Source: Propionicimonas sp. (GTDB lineage: Bacteria; Actinomycetota; Actinomycetes; Propionibacteriales; Propionibacteriaceae). From it: 57,211 nt of DNA. The notes beneath the pieces were generated by a model. The model was given only the letters and a program-made list of their open reading frames with translations, searched no databases and had not been told where the DNA came from. Shown here piece by piece: positions 28,239-36,855 of the stretch (the first letter of the stretch is position 1; each line of letters begins with the position of its first letter). The stretch lies in NCBI RefSeq assembly GCF_047606205.1, contig NZ_JASGES010000039.1, positions 1 through 57,211 of the forward strand. The letters run 5' to 3'. The translations under genes were made by a program, and so were the position numbers.

Positions 28239-29959
28239 TGAAGGTCAACAAGCGGCTCAGGGGCGTCCTCGGCGCCGGCGCGGCCCTCGCCCTGGTGGCG
28301 GGGGTCGGGATCGGTGTCGCGCAGACGTCCACCGCGGCGAGCGCGCGGTTCGTCACCACGACAGCGGGGACGGGCGACGTCACGCAGACCTACACCGCCA
28401 CCGGCACCGTGACGCGGAAGAACACCTCCGAGGCGTCCTTCTCGGTCAGCGGCACGGTGAAGAAGGTCTCTGTCTCCGTCGGCGACGAGGTGGAGGCGGG
28501 CGACACCCTCGCCACGCTGAACAAGGGCGAGCTCCGGCTCGCCGTGCTGAACGCGACCACCACCCTCGCCCAGGCCGAGGCCTCGCTGTACTCGGCCCGG
28601 CACCCGTCCAGTTCCTCCTCCTCGAGCAGCAGCAAGAGCTCCGCGAGCTCCCGTTCTGCGTCGAAGAGCGCCGGCGGGGCGACCGCGGCCAGCATCGTGA
28701 TCGATCCGACCCTGCTCCTCGAGGCGACCTCACGGGTCAACCTGGCCGTGCTCGACGAGTCGGACAAGTGCGACGCGATCTTCGCCTCGATCCTTCCGGC
28801 AGCCGACGACGGCGGGGACGACAGCGGCGCGACCAGCACCGCGACGGCCACGCCTTCCGCCTCGGCGAGCGCGACCAGCACGCCGACCCCGACCAGTTCC
28901 GGCGAGTCATCCTCCGGTGACGACGGGTCGGGGGACGTGGCCACGGCCACGGCGACCGCCTCGGCGTCCCCGCTGGCCAAGACGCTGGACAGCGACGACT
29001 TCACCGACGACCAGTTGCAGGCCTGTGCCGACGCTCGCGCCGAGGTGATCCTCGCCAACACCAACCTCCAGACGGTGGTCACCCAGCTCACCTCCACGAC
29101 CGGCACCGGTTCGACCGGCTCGGGCTCGGGCTCGGGCTCCAAGAAGAGCGGCTCGTCCAGCTCGACGACCACGGTCAGCAAGTCCGCGGTCGCGAAGGCG
29201 AAGGCGACCGTGCTCTCCGCCCAGCAGGACCTCGCCTCGGCGCAGCAGGACCTCGCCGACGCGACGCTGGTCGCCCCGATCTCCGGGACCGTCGGCCTGG
29301 TCGGCCTGACCGCGGGCGACAGCTCGTCCGGTTCGGTCACGATCGTCGGCTCCGGCAGCGCCGTGGTGACCTTCGAGCTCCCGCTCACAACCAGGGAGCA
29401 GGTCAAGGTCGGCCAGTCCGTCACCGTGACCCCGGCCGGCTCGTCCAAGGAGCTGACCGGCAGGATCACCGCGATCTCGTCGGTCGAGACCAGCGGCACC
29501 AGCGGTGACTCCCCGACGTACACCACGACCGTCTCGGTCGGCGACGCCTCCGGGCTGCTGGCCAGCGGCGCGAAGGCGTCGGTGACGATCCCGGTCAACG
29601 CGGCCACCGGCGTGGTCCGGGTGCCGGCCTCCGCGGTGACCCCGACCGGCACCGGGACGGCGACCGTCCAGGTGGTCGACAACGCCAACGCCACGACGGC
29701 CTCGACCGTCGAGGTGAAGACCGGAGCGGTCGGCGGCGGCTGGGTACAGGTCACGTCCGGGCTGGACGCCGGCACCATCGTGGTGCTGGCCGACAACACC
29801 GCCGAGATCCCGTCGAACACGACGAATCAGCGATCCAGCGGTTCGTCCAGCCGGTCGGTGGCCTCGGCGTCCGCCGTGGCCACCGCGGCCCCGACGGCCG
29901 CGAGCAGCGGTGCGGCCGGCGGTGCCCCGACCGCGACAGCGAGTTCCTCGACTCGCTGA
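28235..29959 (+). CDS. Second MacA/HlyD-like adaptor subunit, Ser/Thr-rich
   Basis: GTVKKVSVSVGDEVEAGD, LVAPISGTV, VRVPASAV. Confidence 0.78.
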   Translation: MMKVNKRLRGVLGAGAALALVAGVGIGVAQTSTAASARFVTTTAGTGDVTQTYTATGTVTRKNTSEASFSVSGTVKKVSVSVGDEVEAGDTLATLNKGELRLAVLNATTTLAQAEASLYSARHPSSSSSSSSSKSSASSRSASKSAGGATAASIVIDPTLLLEATSRVNLAVLDESDKCDAIFASILPAADDGGDDSGATSTATATPSASASATSTPTPTSSGESSSGDDGSGDVATATATASASPLAKTLDSDDFTDDQLQACADARAEVILANTNLQTVVTQLTSTTGTGSTGSGSGSGSKKSGSSSSTTTVSKSAVAKAKATVLSAQQDLASAQQDLADATLVAPISGTVGLVGLTAGDSSSGSVTIVGSGSAVVTFELPLTTREQVKVGQSVTVTPAGSSKELTGRITAISSVETSGTSGDSPTYTTTVSVGDASGLLASGAKASVTIPVNAATGVVRVPASAVTPTGTGTATVQVVDNANATTASTVEVKTGAVGGGWVQVTSGLDAGTIVVLADNTAEIPSNTTNQRSSGSSSRSVASASAVATAAPTAASSGAAGGAPTATASSSTR

Positions 29960-29967
29960 GGACCACG

Positions 29968-30003
29968 CGGCGCCGCCGCCCGGGAGCCCGGGTGGCGGCG
30001 CTG
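29968..30003 (+). terminator. Hairpin after the exporter operon
   Basis: gcgccgccgcccggg / cccgggtggcggcgc inverted repeat. Confidence 0.6.
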
Positions 30004-30264
30004 TCGTGTTCACCGGGACGGGGTGGGCGGTGGAAGGCGGCGAGAGCGCCGCGGGCCCGCCGGCACGTCCTCCCTCCGGATGATGCCGACGGACCCGCTC
30101 ACCGACGCGGACCGCGCCCGTCCCCGAACGGGCGTCCGCGATCCGGGACCCCTGTGCCCGGTTCGGTGGTACCACCATTCAACCGCGTGGTGTCGACAAT
30201 ATTGGGCATCCGGACAGACCCGTACACCCCGAGTGGTCCGCCCCGATCGTGGGGGCGCGTCGCG

Positions 30265-31602
30265 TCAGAGCGTGGGCAGGGACTTGGTGAGCTCCCACTC
30301 CGAGACCTGGCTGCGGTAGGAGTCGTACTCGGACTTCTTGTTGCGCAGGAAGAAGTCGAACACGTGCTCGCCGAGGGTGTCGGCGACCAGCTGGGAGTTC
30401 TCCATCAGGTCGATCGCGTTGCCGAGGCTGCGCGGCAGCGGCGAGATGCCCAGCGCCTGCCGCTGGCGGTCGGTCAGCGACCACACGTCGTCCTCCGCGC
30501 CCTCCGGCAGTTCGTACTCGTTCTCGATGCCCGCCAGGCCGGCCGCCAGCACCATCGCGTAGGCGAGGTAGGGGTTGGCCGCGGAGTCGATCGAACGCAA
30601 CTCCACCCGGGCGGACGCCCCCTTGTTCGGCTTGTACATCGGTACCCGCACGAGCGCTGAGCGGTTGTTCTGGCCCCAGCAGATGTAGCTCGGCGCCTCC
30701 GCGCCGGAGATCAGGCGCTTGTAGGAGTTCACCCACGGGTTGGTGACCGCGGTGATCTCGCCGGCGTGCCTGAGCAGGCCGGCGATGAACTGCCGCCCGG
30801 TCTTCGACAGGTGGTACTCGGCGGTGGCGTCGTAGAAGGCGTTGTTATCGCCCTCGAACAGCGAGACGTGGGTGTGCATGCCGGAGCCCGGGTGGTCGCT
30901 CAGCGGCTTGGGCATGAAGGACGCGAACATGTTCTGCATCACCGCGACCTCCTTGATCACCACCCGGAAGGTCATGATGTTGTCGGCCATGGTGAGCGCG
31001 TCGGCGTAGCGCAGGTCGATCTCCTGCTGACCGGGGCCGCCCTCGTGGTGGCTGAACTCGACCGAGATCCCCATCTGCTCGAGCAGCGTGATCGCCTGGC
31101 GACGGAAGTCGGCGCCGGGACTGGTCGTGGTGTGGTCGAAGTAGCCGGACTGGTCGGCAGGGGTCGGCGGCTGGCCGGGGACGATCGGCTGCTTGAACAG
31201 GTAGAACTCGATCTCGGGGTGCGTGTAGTAGGTGAACCCCATGTCGGAGGCCTTCTTCAGGGTCCGCTTCAGCACGTAGCGCGGGTCGGCGAAGGACGGT
31301 GAGCCGTCCGGGAGCCGGATGTCGCAGAACATCCGGGCCGTTCCCTGCGTCTGGCCGCGCCAGGGCAGCAGCTGGAAGGTGGAGGGGTCGGGGTGTGCCA
31401 CCATGTCGGACTCGTACACGCGAGCGAAGCCCTGAATGGCCGAGCCGTCGAAACCGATCCCCTCGCTGAAGGCGCCTTCGAGTTCGGCGGGAGCGATCGC
31501 GACGGACTTCAGGAAGCCCAGGACGTCGGTGAACCAGAGCCGGACGAAGCGGACGTCCCGCTCCTCCATGGTGCGGAGCACGAACTCGGTCTGCTTATCC
31601 AT
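30265..31602 (-). CDS. glnA2: Glutamine synthetase family protein GlnA2
   Basis: MDKQTEFVLRT, FDGSAIQGF, HHEGGPGQQEIDL, NPYLAYA. Confidence 0.93.
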   Translation of the reverse strand: MDKQTEFVLRTMEERDVRFVRLWFTDVLGFLKSVAIAPAELEGAFSEGIGFDGSAIQGFARVYESDMVAHPDPSTFQLLPWRGQTQGTARMFCDIRLPDGSPSFADPRYVLKRTLKKASDMGFTYYTHPEIEFYLFKQPIVPGQPPTPADQSGYFDHTTTSPGADFRRQAITLLEQMGISVEFSHHEGGPGQQEIDLRYADALTMADNIMTFRVVIKEVAVMQNMFASFMPKPLSDHPGSGMHTHVSLFEGDNNAFYDATAEYHLSKTGRQFIAGLLRHAGEITAVTNPWVNSYKRLISGAEAPSYICWGQNNRSALVRVPMYKPNKGASARVELRSIDSAANPYLAYAMVLAAGLAGIENEYELPEGAEDDVWSLTDRQRQALGISPLPRSLGNAIDLMENSQLVADTLGEHVFDFFLRNKKSEYDSYRSQVSEWELTKSLPTL

Positions 31603-31626
31603 GCGGCCAAGTCTGCCGCCGGAAGT

Positions 31627-31642
31627 GTTTCAGTCTGGTTAC
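31627..31642 (-). promoter_or_regulatory. GlnR box upstream of glnA2
   Basis: Minus strand GTAAC-cagact-GAAAC. Confidence 0.75.
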
Positions 31643-31678
31643 ATCGTGATGTCGGACGCGCTGGGTACGGTGAGACAC

Positions 31679-32068
31679 ATGGCTGCGACTTTCACTGCGA
31701 TCGGGATCACGGTGGCCGACATGGCCGCATCCCTGGAGTTCTACCGCCTGCTCGGCCTGTCCTTCGCCCCGGAGGATGACGCGGAGGGCCACGTCGAGTG
31801 GGAGGGCCCCGGTGGCGTCCGGGTCATGTTCGACACGGTCTCCGTGGTGCACAGCTTCGACCCGGGCTGGGAGCCCCCGGTGGGCGGACCGGCGATGAGC
31901 CTCGCCTTCGAGTGCGCCACGCCCGCGGAGGTGGACGCGACCGTCGCCGAGATCGCCCAGGCCGGGTTCACCGTCCACCGCGAGCCGTGGGACGCCTTCT
32001 GGGGCCAGCGCTATGCGACCGTCCTCGATCCCGACGGCAACCGCGTGGATCTCTTCGCCTGGGCCTGA
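31679..32068 (+). CDS. VOC/glyoxalase family protein
   Basis: SLEFYRLLG, PWDAFWGQRYA, DPDGNRVDLF. Confidence 0.92.
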   Translation: MAATFTAIGITVADMAASLEFYRLLGLSFAPEDDAEGHVEWEGPGGVRVMFDTVSVVHSFDPGWEPPVGGPAMSLAFECATPAEVDATVAEIAQAGFTVHREPWDAFWGQRYATVLDPDGNRVDLFAWA

Positions 32069-32075
32069 CCCCGGC

Positions 32076-32312
32076 TCAACCGGCTAACGGGTTGCGATCG
32101 GCCCTGTCCTCCCGGTCCTGGGCGCTCTCGTCCGCGTCGTCGTTGAAGCGCGGGTCGTTCTCCCAATCCTCGTTGCGCTCCTGTGCCCTCGCCAGCGCGT
32201 TCGCAGCGTCCGCGGCGGTCGCGTACGGTCCGAGCCTGGTCGCGCTCCGGCATCCCTCGTAGGGCTCCACCGCGTGGTGGTCGAGGCAGTAGTACCACTC
32301 ACCCTGCGCCAT
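32076..32312 (-). CDS. Conserved small hypothetical protein adjacent to map
   Basis: [11 protein letters not shown]...RLGPYAT...ERNEDW; GGAGG RBS. Confidence 0.75.
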   Translation of the reverse strand: MAQGEWYYCLDHHAVEPYEGCRSATRLGPYATAADAANALARAQERNEDWENDPRFNDDADESAQDREDRADRNPLAG

Positions 32313-32359
32313 GGCCCCTGCCTCCGATCCTCTGGTGTGAGCCCACTATGATCCCGGGC

Positions 32360-33208
32360 GTGACCGCGATCAAGCCCTACCCGACCTCGCCGATGCGCCC
32401 GGTCCCCGCGCACATCGCGCGTCCGGCGTACGTCGGCCACCCGCGCCCGGAGCGCTACGACGGCCCCCACGTGCAGACGCCGGACGTGATCGAGCGGATG
32501 CGGGTGGCGGGCCGGATCGCGGCCCAGGCCATGCACGCGGGCGCGGCCGTCGTCGCCCCCGGCGTCACCACCGACGAGATCGACGAGGTGGTGCACGACT
32601 TCATCGTCGCGCACGACGCCTACCCGTCCACGCTCGGCTACCGGGCTTTCCCGAAGGCGTGCTGCACCTCGGTCAACGAGGTGATCTGCCACGGCATCCC
32701 CGACGCCCGCCCGCTCGAGGACGGCGACATCGTCAAGATCGACGTGACCGCCTTCCACGACGGCGTGCACGGCGACAACTGTGCGACCTTCGCCTGCGGC
32801 GAGGTGGACGAGGCGTCCCGGCTGCTCACCGAGCGCACCGAGGAGGCGATGAACCGGGCGATCCGCGCAGTCCGGCCCGGCCGGCAGATCAACGTGGTCG
32901 GGCGCGTGATCGAGTCCTACGCCCGCCGCTTCGGCTACGGCGTGGTCCGCGACTACACCGGCCACGGCGTTCATACCGCCTTTCACTCCGGGCTCGTGGT
33001 TCCGCACTACGACGAGCCCCTGCTGGACACCGTGATGGAGGTCGGGATGACCTTCACGATCGAGCCGATGCTGGCCATCGGCAGCCAGCAGTCCCACGTC
33101 TGGGACGATGGCTGGACGGTCGTGACCGACGACCGCAGCAGGGTCGCGCAGTTCGAACAGACGCTCGTGGTGACCCCGGACGGCGCGGAGATCCTCACCG
33201 TCCCCTGA
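32360..33208 (+). CDS. map: Type I methionine aminopeptidase
   Basis: [33 protein letters not shown]; TATGAT -10 seven nt before the GTG. Confidence 0.95.
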   Translation: MTAIKPYPTSPMRPVPAHIARPAYVGHPRPERYDGPHVQTPDVIERMRVAGRIAAQAMHAGAAVVAPGVTTDEIDEVVHDFIVAHDAYPSTLGYRAFPKACCTSVNEVICHGIPDARPLEDGDIVKIDVTAFHDGVHGDNCATFACGEVDEASRLLTERTEEAMNRAIRAVRPGRQINVVGRVIESYARRFGYGVVRDYTGHGVHTAFHSGLVVPHYDEPLLDTVMEVGMTFTIEPMLAIGSQQSHVWDDGWTVVTDDRSRVAQFEQTLVVTPDGAEILTVP

Positions 33209-33339
33209 GCGGGGCGGCCGGGCCGGACGCCACCCGGCCGGCGGGCGGAAATCGACGCCTGTCGACCGCCACCGAATGTCCCGTGAACCCGCCGGGCGGC
33301 ATTCTGCGTTTCCTGCGCAGGAGGGATAGCGTTGCCGCA

Positions 33340-33431
33340 GCCGCCCAGCTCCACTCCCCCTTTGAAGTTCCACCGGAGCCGGCGGTCAGGCCCCGCCAGG
33401 CCACCAACCCCCCGGTCTACCTGGTGGGGCC
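33340..33431 (+). ncRNA. 6C-like small RNA
   Basis: Two consecutive hairpins with C-rich loops (gctcc-actccccc...-ggagc; ggccccgccagg-..cccccc..-cctggtggggcc); TAGCGT -10 at 33327. Confidence 0.6.
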
Positions 33432-33442
33432 GCCCGAACCCC

Positions 33443-34303
33443 TCAGGCCAGGCAGCCCAGGGTCTTCCGGGCGGCCCTGTCGGAGGCGTGCGGCCGGATC
33501 GGGAACGCCACCACCGCGGCGCCTGAGCGCGCGCTCGGGGCGTTGGTGACGAACAGTGCTGTCGGTGCGACGTCGTCGCTGGTGTAGCCGAGGCTGTTCG
33601 GGTTCACGCTGGTCTCCACCGCGACCGTCCACCAGGCACCATTTGCGTGCACCATCCGCCCGCGCGGATAGGTGATGGCGCCGCCCACCCCGCCGACCGC
33701 CTGCAGGCGGTCCAGCAGGCTCGTGGTCACGGAGTGGCAGCCGGCTCCCTTCGCGAGCCGGCCCGTGTAACTGTCCGGCGAGCCGGGGTCGGGACGCGGC
33801 CTGGGCACCGGCAGCTTCTTCACGCACGCGAGCGCTTTCCTCGCCGCCCGGTCCCCGGCGGCCGAGGCCAGCTGCCAGGCGAACGGTTCGTGGTCGGGGT
33901 CGTCGGCGTAGGTCGGGTAGCTGGTGACGAAGAACGCGTAGGGCTCCACGGAGCCGGCGCCCCCGGTGGCCCTCGTCGCGACGGCAGCCGTCCACCAGCC
34001 CGCGTTCGACCGGACCAGGACCCCGACCGGGTAGGTGACCGAGCCACCGACGCCGCCGATGTCCTCCAGGGCCGCGAGTTGCCGCTTCGTCGCCTGCGCG
34101 CAGGTCGCGCCCGCGGCCAGTTCCCCCGTGTAGGGGTGCAGCGCCCGGTCGTCCAGCTCGGACGGGGTCGGCACCGGTGTGGTGGCGACCGGCGCCACCG
34201 ACGGGGCTCGGTGGACCGGTTCGTTCCACAGCCACTGCAGGCCGCAGCCCGACAGCAGGACCGCCGCGAGGACGGCCCCCACCGCGCGGACGGGTGCGCT
34301 CAC
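33443..34303 (-). CDS. Putative lipoprotein with two tandem copies of an unrecognised ~115-aa domain
   Basis: Tail of the 717-aa shadow ORF; lipobox LLSGC; repeats YTG.LA.GA.C...GGVGG..TYP.G...N..WWT.AV...FVT..P...AARK.L.C. Confidence 0.72.
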   Translation of the reverse strand: MSAPVRAVGAVLAAVLLSGCGLQWLWNEPVHRAPSVAPVATTPVPTPSELDDRALHPYTGELAAGATCAQATKRQLAALEDIGGVGGSVTYPVGVLVRSNAGWWTAAVATRATGGAGSVEPYAFFVTSYPTYADDPDHEPFAWQLASAAGDRAARKALACVKKLPVPRPRPDPGSPDSYTGRLAKGAGCHSVTTSLLDRLQAVGGVGGAITYPRGRMVHANGAWWTVAVETSVNPNSLGYTSDDVAPTALFVTNAPSARSGAAVVAFPIRPHASDRAARKTLGCLA

Positions 34304-34393
34304 CCCGCCAGCGTAGGCCCGGCCGCCACGCGGCACCTCCGGACGGCCGGGTCTCGTACACCCTGCCCGCGCCGGTGCGTGTGAGAATGCGTC

Positions 34394-35767
34394 ATGACCA
34401 CCGTCACGATCGACACCCGGACGCTCACGCAGCACCCCGCGTGGCTGAAGGTGAAGCAGGCCGCCACCGCGCTGGCATCGCTCCAGTCCCCCCACGGCGC
34501 CATCGACGACGCCGCCTACCATGCCGACGCCCGAGCACACGTCGCCGAGCTCACCGAGGGGATCGGCGAGCTGGCTCCGTTGTTCCCGCACGACGCGGCC
34601 TACCTCGACGCCACGATCCGGGACCTCCAGCGCTGGCGCGACGGCTACTTCAAGGAACCCGACTTCTACGACTCCCTGGTCCTGTTCCACCCCGAGCGGA
34701 CGCGGGTCGACGGCCTCGTCCATCTGGTCGTCTTTCCCATGTACACCCAGAACGGGTCCCGGGACCGGCACGTCGAGGCCCTCCTGATCCAGGTGGTCTG
34801 GCCCGACTTCGTCGCGGAGTTGGAGGCCGGCGCGTACTCCAACGCCGCCTTCGTCCCGATCCAGTTCCTCGACTTCACCGCCGGCTACGACACCAACTCC
34901 GCCGTGCTGTTCCCCGAGACCGTCGCGATGCGGGAGGTCCCTCCGTTCACCTGGGGCGGCATCTTCTGCGACCGCGAGGCGGCCCGGTTCCGCCGTGTCC
35001 TCCGCGCGGCCGTGGAGGTGACCAAGCTGGACCTGCCCGAGCTCGCGGCCGAGCTTCTGGAGGACCAGCGGCTCACCCAGGAGACGTTCGTGATGTGGGA
35101 CCTGATCCACGACCGGACCCACATGCGGGGCGACCTGCCGTTCGATCCGTTCATGATCAAGCAGCGGATGCCGTTCTTCCTGTACTCGCTGGAGGAACTG
35201 CGCTGCGACCTGACCGCGTTCCGCGAGGCCGTCCGGATCGAGCGGGAACTCGCGGCCCTGCCGCAGCGGACACCCGAACAGGACCAGCTCGCCAGGCACG
35301 CCGGGCTCGTGCAGTACGCGGTGATCTTCGACCGGATCTTCCGGTTCGCCGTCACCGGGACGCGGGTGCGCAACTACGACGGTCTGGGCGGCCAGCTGCT
35401 GTTCGCATGGCTGCACCGCAAGCACGTCCTGCACTGGACGGACACCCGGCTCACCTTCGACTGGGACGAGGTCCCCGACTGCGTGAACGCGCTCGGGCAG
35501 GAGATCGAGCAGCTGTACTGGCTCTCCATCGACCGGCCCAAGGTGTCGCACTGGCTGGCCGCGTATGAGCTGGTCAGCGGGGTCGTCGAACCGCATCCCG
35601 CCTCGGTGTGGAAGAGCGGCGACCTGCCGTTGAAGGGCATGCCCAAGGAACTGACCGATCTGGTGATGGACGACGAGTTCCCGCTGTCGATGTTCTACGA
35701 GGCGTTCGAGAAGAAGATGCGGGACGTGGTCGCGTCCACCTCGGGGATCACCGGCGCCGACGCCTGA
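34394..35767 (+). CDS. DUF6421-like conserved actinobacterial protein
   Basis: FPMYTQNG, GYDTNSAVLFPE, WDLIHDRTH, PFDPFMIKQR; adjacent to threonine aldolase as usual for the family. Confidence 0.75.
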   Translation: MTTVTIDTRTLTQHPAWLKVKQAATALASLQSPHGAIDDAAYHADARAHVAELTEGIGELAPLFPHDAAYLDATIRDLQRWRDGYFKEPDFYDSLVLFHPERTRVDGLVHLVVFPMYTQNGSRDRHVEALLIQVVWPDFVAELEAGAYSNAAFVPIQFLDFTAGYDTNSAVLFPETVAMREVPPFTWGGIFCDREAARFRRVLRAAVEVTKLDLPELAAELLEDQRLTQETFVMWDLIHDRTHMRGDLPFDPFMIKQRMPFFLYSLEELRCDLTAFREAVRIERELAALPQRTPEQDQLARHAGLVQYAVIFDRIFRFAVTGTRVRNYDGLGGQLLFAWLHRKHVLHWTDTRLTFDWDEVPDCVNALGQEIEQLYWLSIDRPKVSHWLAAYELVSGVVEPHPASVWKSGDLPLKGMPKELTDLVMDDEFPLSMFYEAFEKKMRDVVASTSGITGADA

Positions 35768-35799
35768 GCGGCGCCGGCGGCGGGTGCCACAATCGTCGC

Positions 35800-36855
35800 G
35801 TGCAGATCCACGACACCGCAGCGCGCGGCTTCGCGTCCGACAACTACTCCGGCGTCCACCCCGAGGTGCTGGCCGCGATCGGCGAGGCGAACCTCGGCCA
35901 CCAGTCCTCCTACGGCAACGACGACTACACCCGGCGGCTGCAGGAGGTCGTCCGGGAGCACTTCGGGGAGGCCGCGCAGGCCTGGCCGGTGTTCAACGGG
36001 ACCGGCGCGAACGTGATCGGGCTGCAGTCGGTGCTTCCGCGTTGGGGAGCCGTGGTGTGTGCACGGACCGCGCACATCAACGTGGACGAGGGGGGTGCTC
36101 CCGAGCGGGTCGGCGGCGTCAAGCTGTACGCCGTCCCCACCCCGGACGGCAAGCTCACCCCCGACCTGGTCGACACCGAGGCGTGGGGGTTCGGCGACGA
36201 GCACAGGGCCCAGCCGCTGGCGCTGTCGATCACGCAGTCGACCGAGCTGGGCACGCTCTACACCGCAGCCGAGATCGCGGCGCTGGCGGACCATGCGCAC
36301 GCACTCGGGATGGCCGTGCACCTGGACGGCGCCCGGCTGTCGAACGCTGCTGCCAGCCTCGGGCTGCCGCTGCGGGCGTTCACCAGCGACGTGGGCGTGG
36401 ACGTCCTCACCCTCGGTGGTACCAAGAACGGCGCGCTCGGCGCGGAGGCGGTCGTGGTGCTGAACCCCGAGGTCGTCCACGGGCTGGTCTACGCGCGCAA
36501 GTTCACCATGCAGCTCGCCAGCAAGATGCGGTTCACCTCCGCCCAGCTGGTGGCCCTCTACGAGGCAGACCTGTGGCTGCGCAGCGCGACCCACGCCAAC
36601 GCCATGGCGAGCCGGCTCCGCGCCGCCCTGGAGGAGGTGCCGGGGATCACGTTCACCCAGCCCACCCAGGCCAACGGCGTGTTCGCCCGGCTGCCCGACG
36701 GGGTGGCCGACGCGGTCCGGCAGCGGTTCTTCTTCTACGACTGGGACGCCTCGGTCAACGAGGTCCGCTGGATGTGCTCCTTCGACACCACCGCCGAGGA
36801 CGTCGACACCTTCGCCGGCCTCGTCCGTGAGGCCGTCGCATCACGACTCACCTGA
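35800..36855 (+). CDS. ltaE: Low-specificity L-threonine aldolase (PLP-dependent)
   Basis: FASDNYSG, FNGTGAN, HLDGARL, GGTKNG, VRWMCSFDT. Confidence 0.9.
   Translation: MQIHDTAARGFASDNYSGVHPEVLAAIGEANLGHQSSYGNDDYTRRLQEVVREHFGEAAQAWPVFNGTGANVIGLQSVLPRWGAVVCARTAHINVDEGGAPERVGGVKLYAVPTPDGKLTPDLVDTEAWGFGDEHRAQPLALSITQSTELGTLYTAAEIAALADHAHALGMAVHLDGARLSNAAASLGLPLRAFTSDVGVDVLTLGGTKNGALGAEAVVVLNPEVVHGLVYARKFTMQLASKMRFTSAQLVALYEADLWLRSATHANAMASRLRAALEEVPGITFTQPTQANGVFARLPDGVADAVRQRFFFYDWDASVNEVRWMCSFDTTAEDVDTFAGLVREAVASRLT

Noticed and set aside
30004-30264. Possible gene or RNA between the exporter operon and glnA2
   Set aside because: No ORF with credible composition or RBS and no recognisable RNA motif
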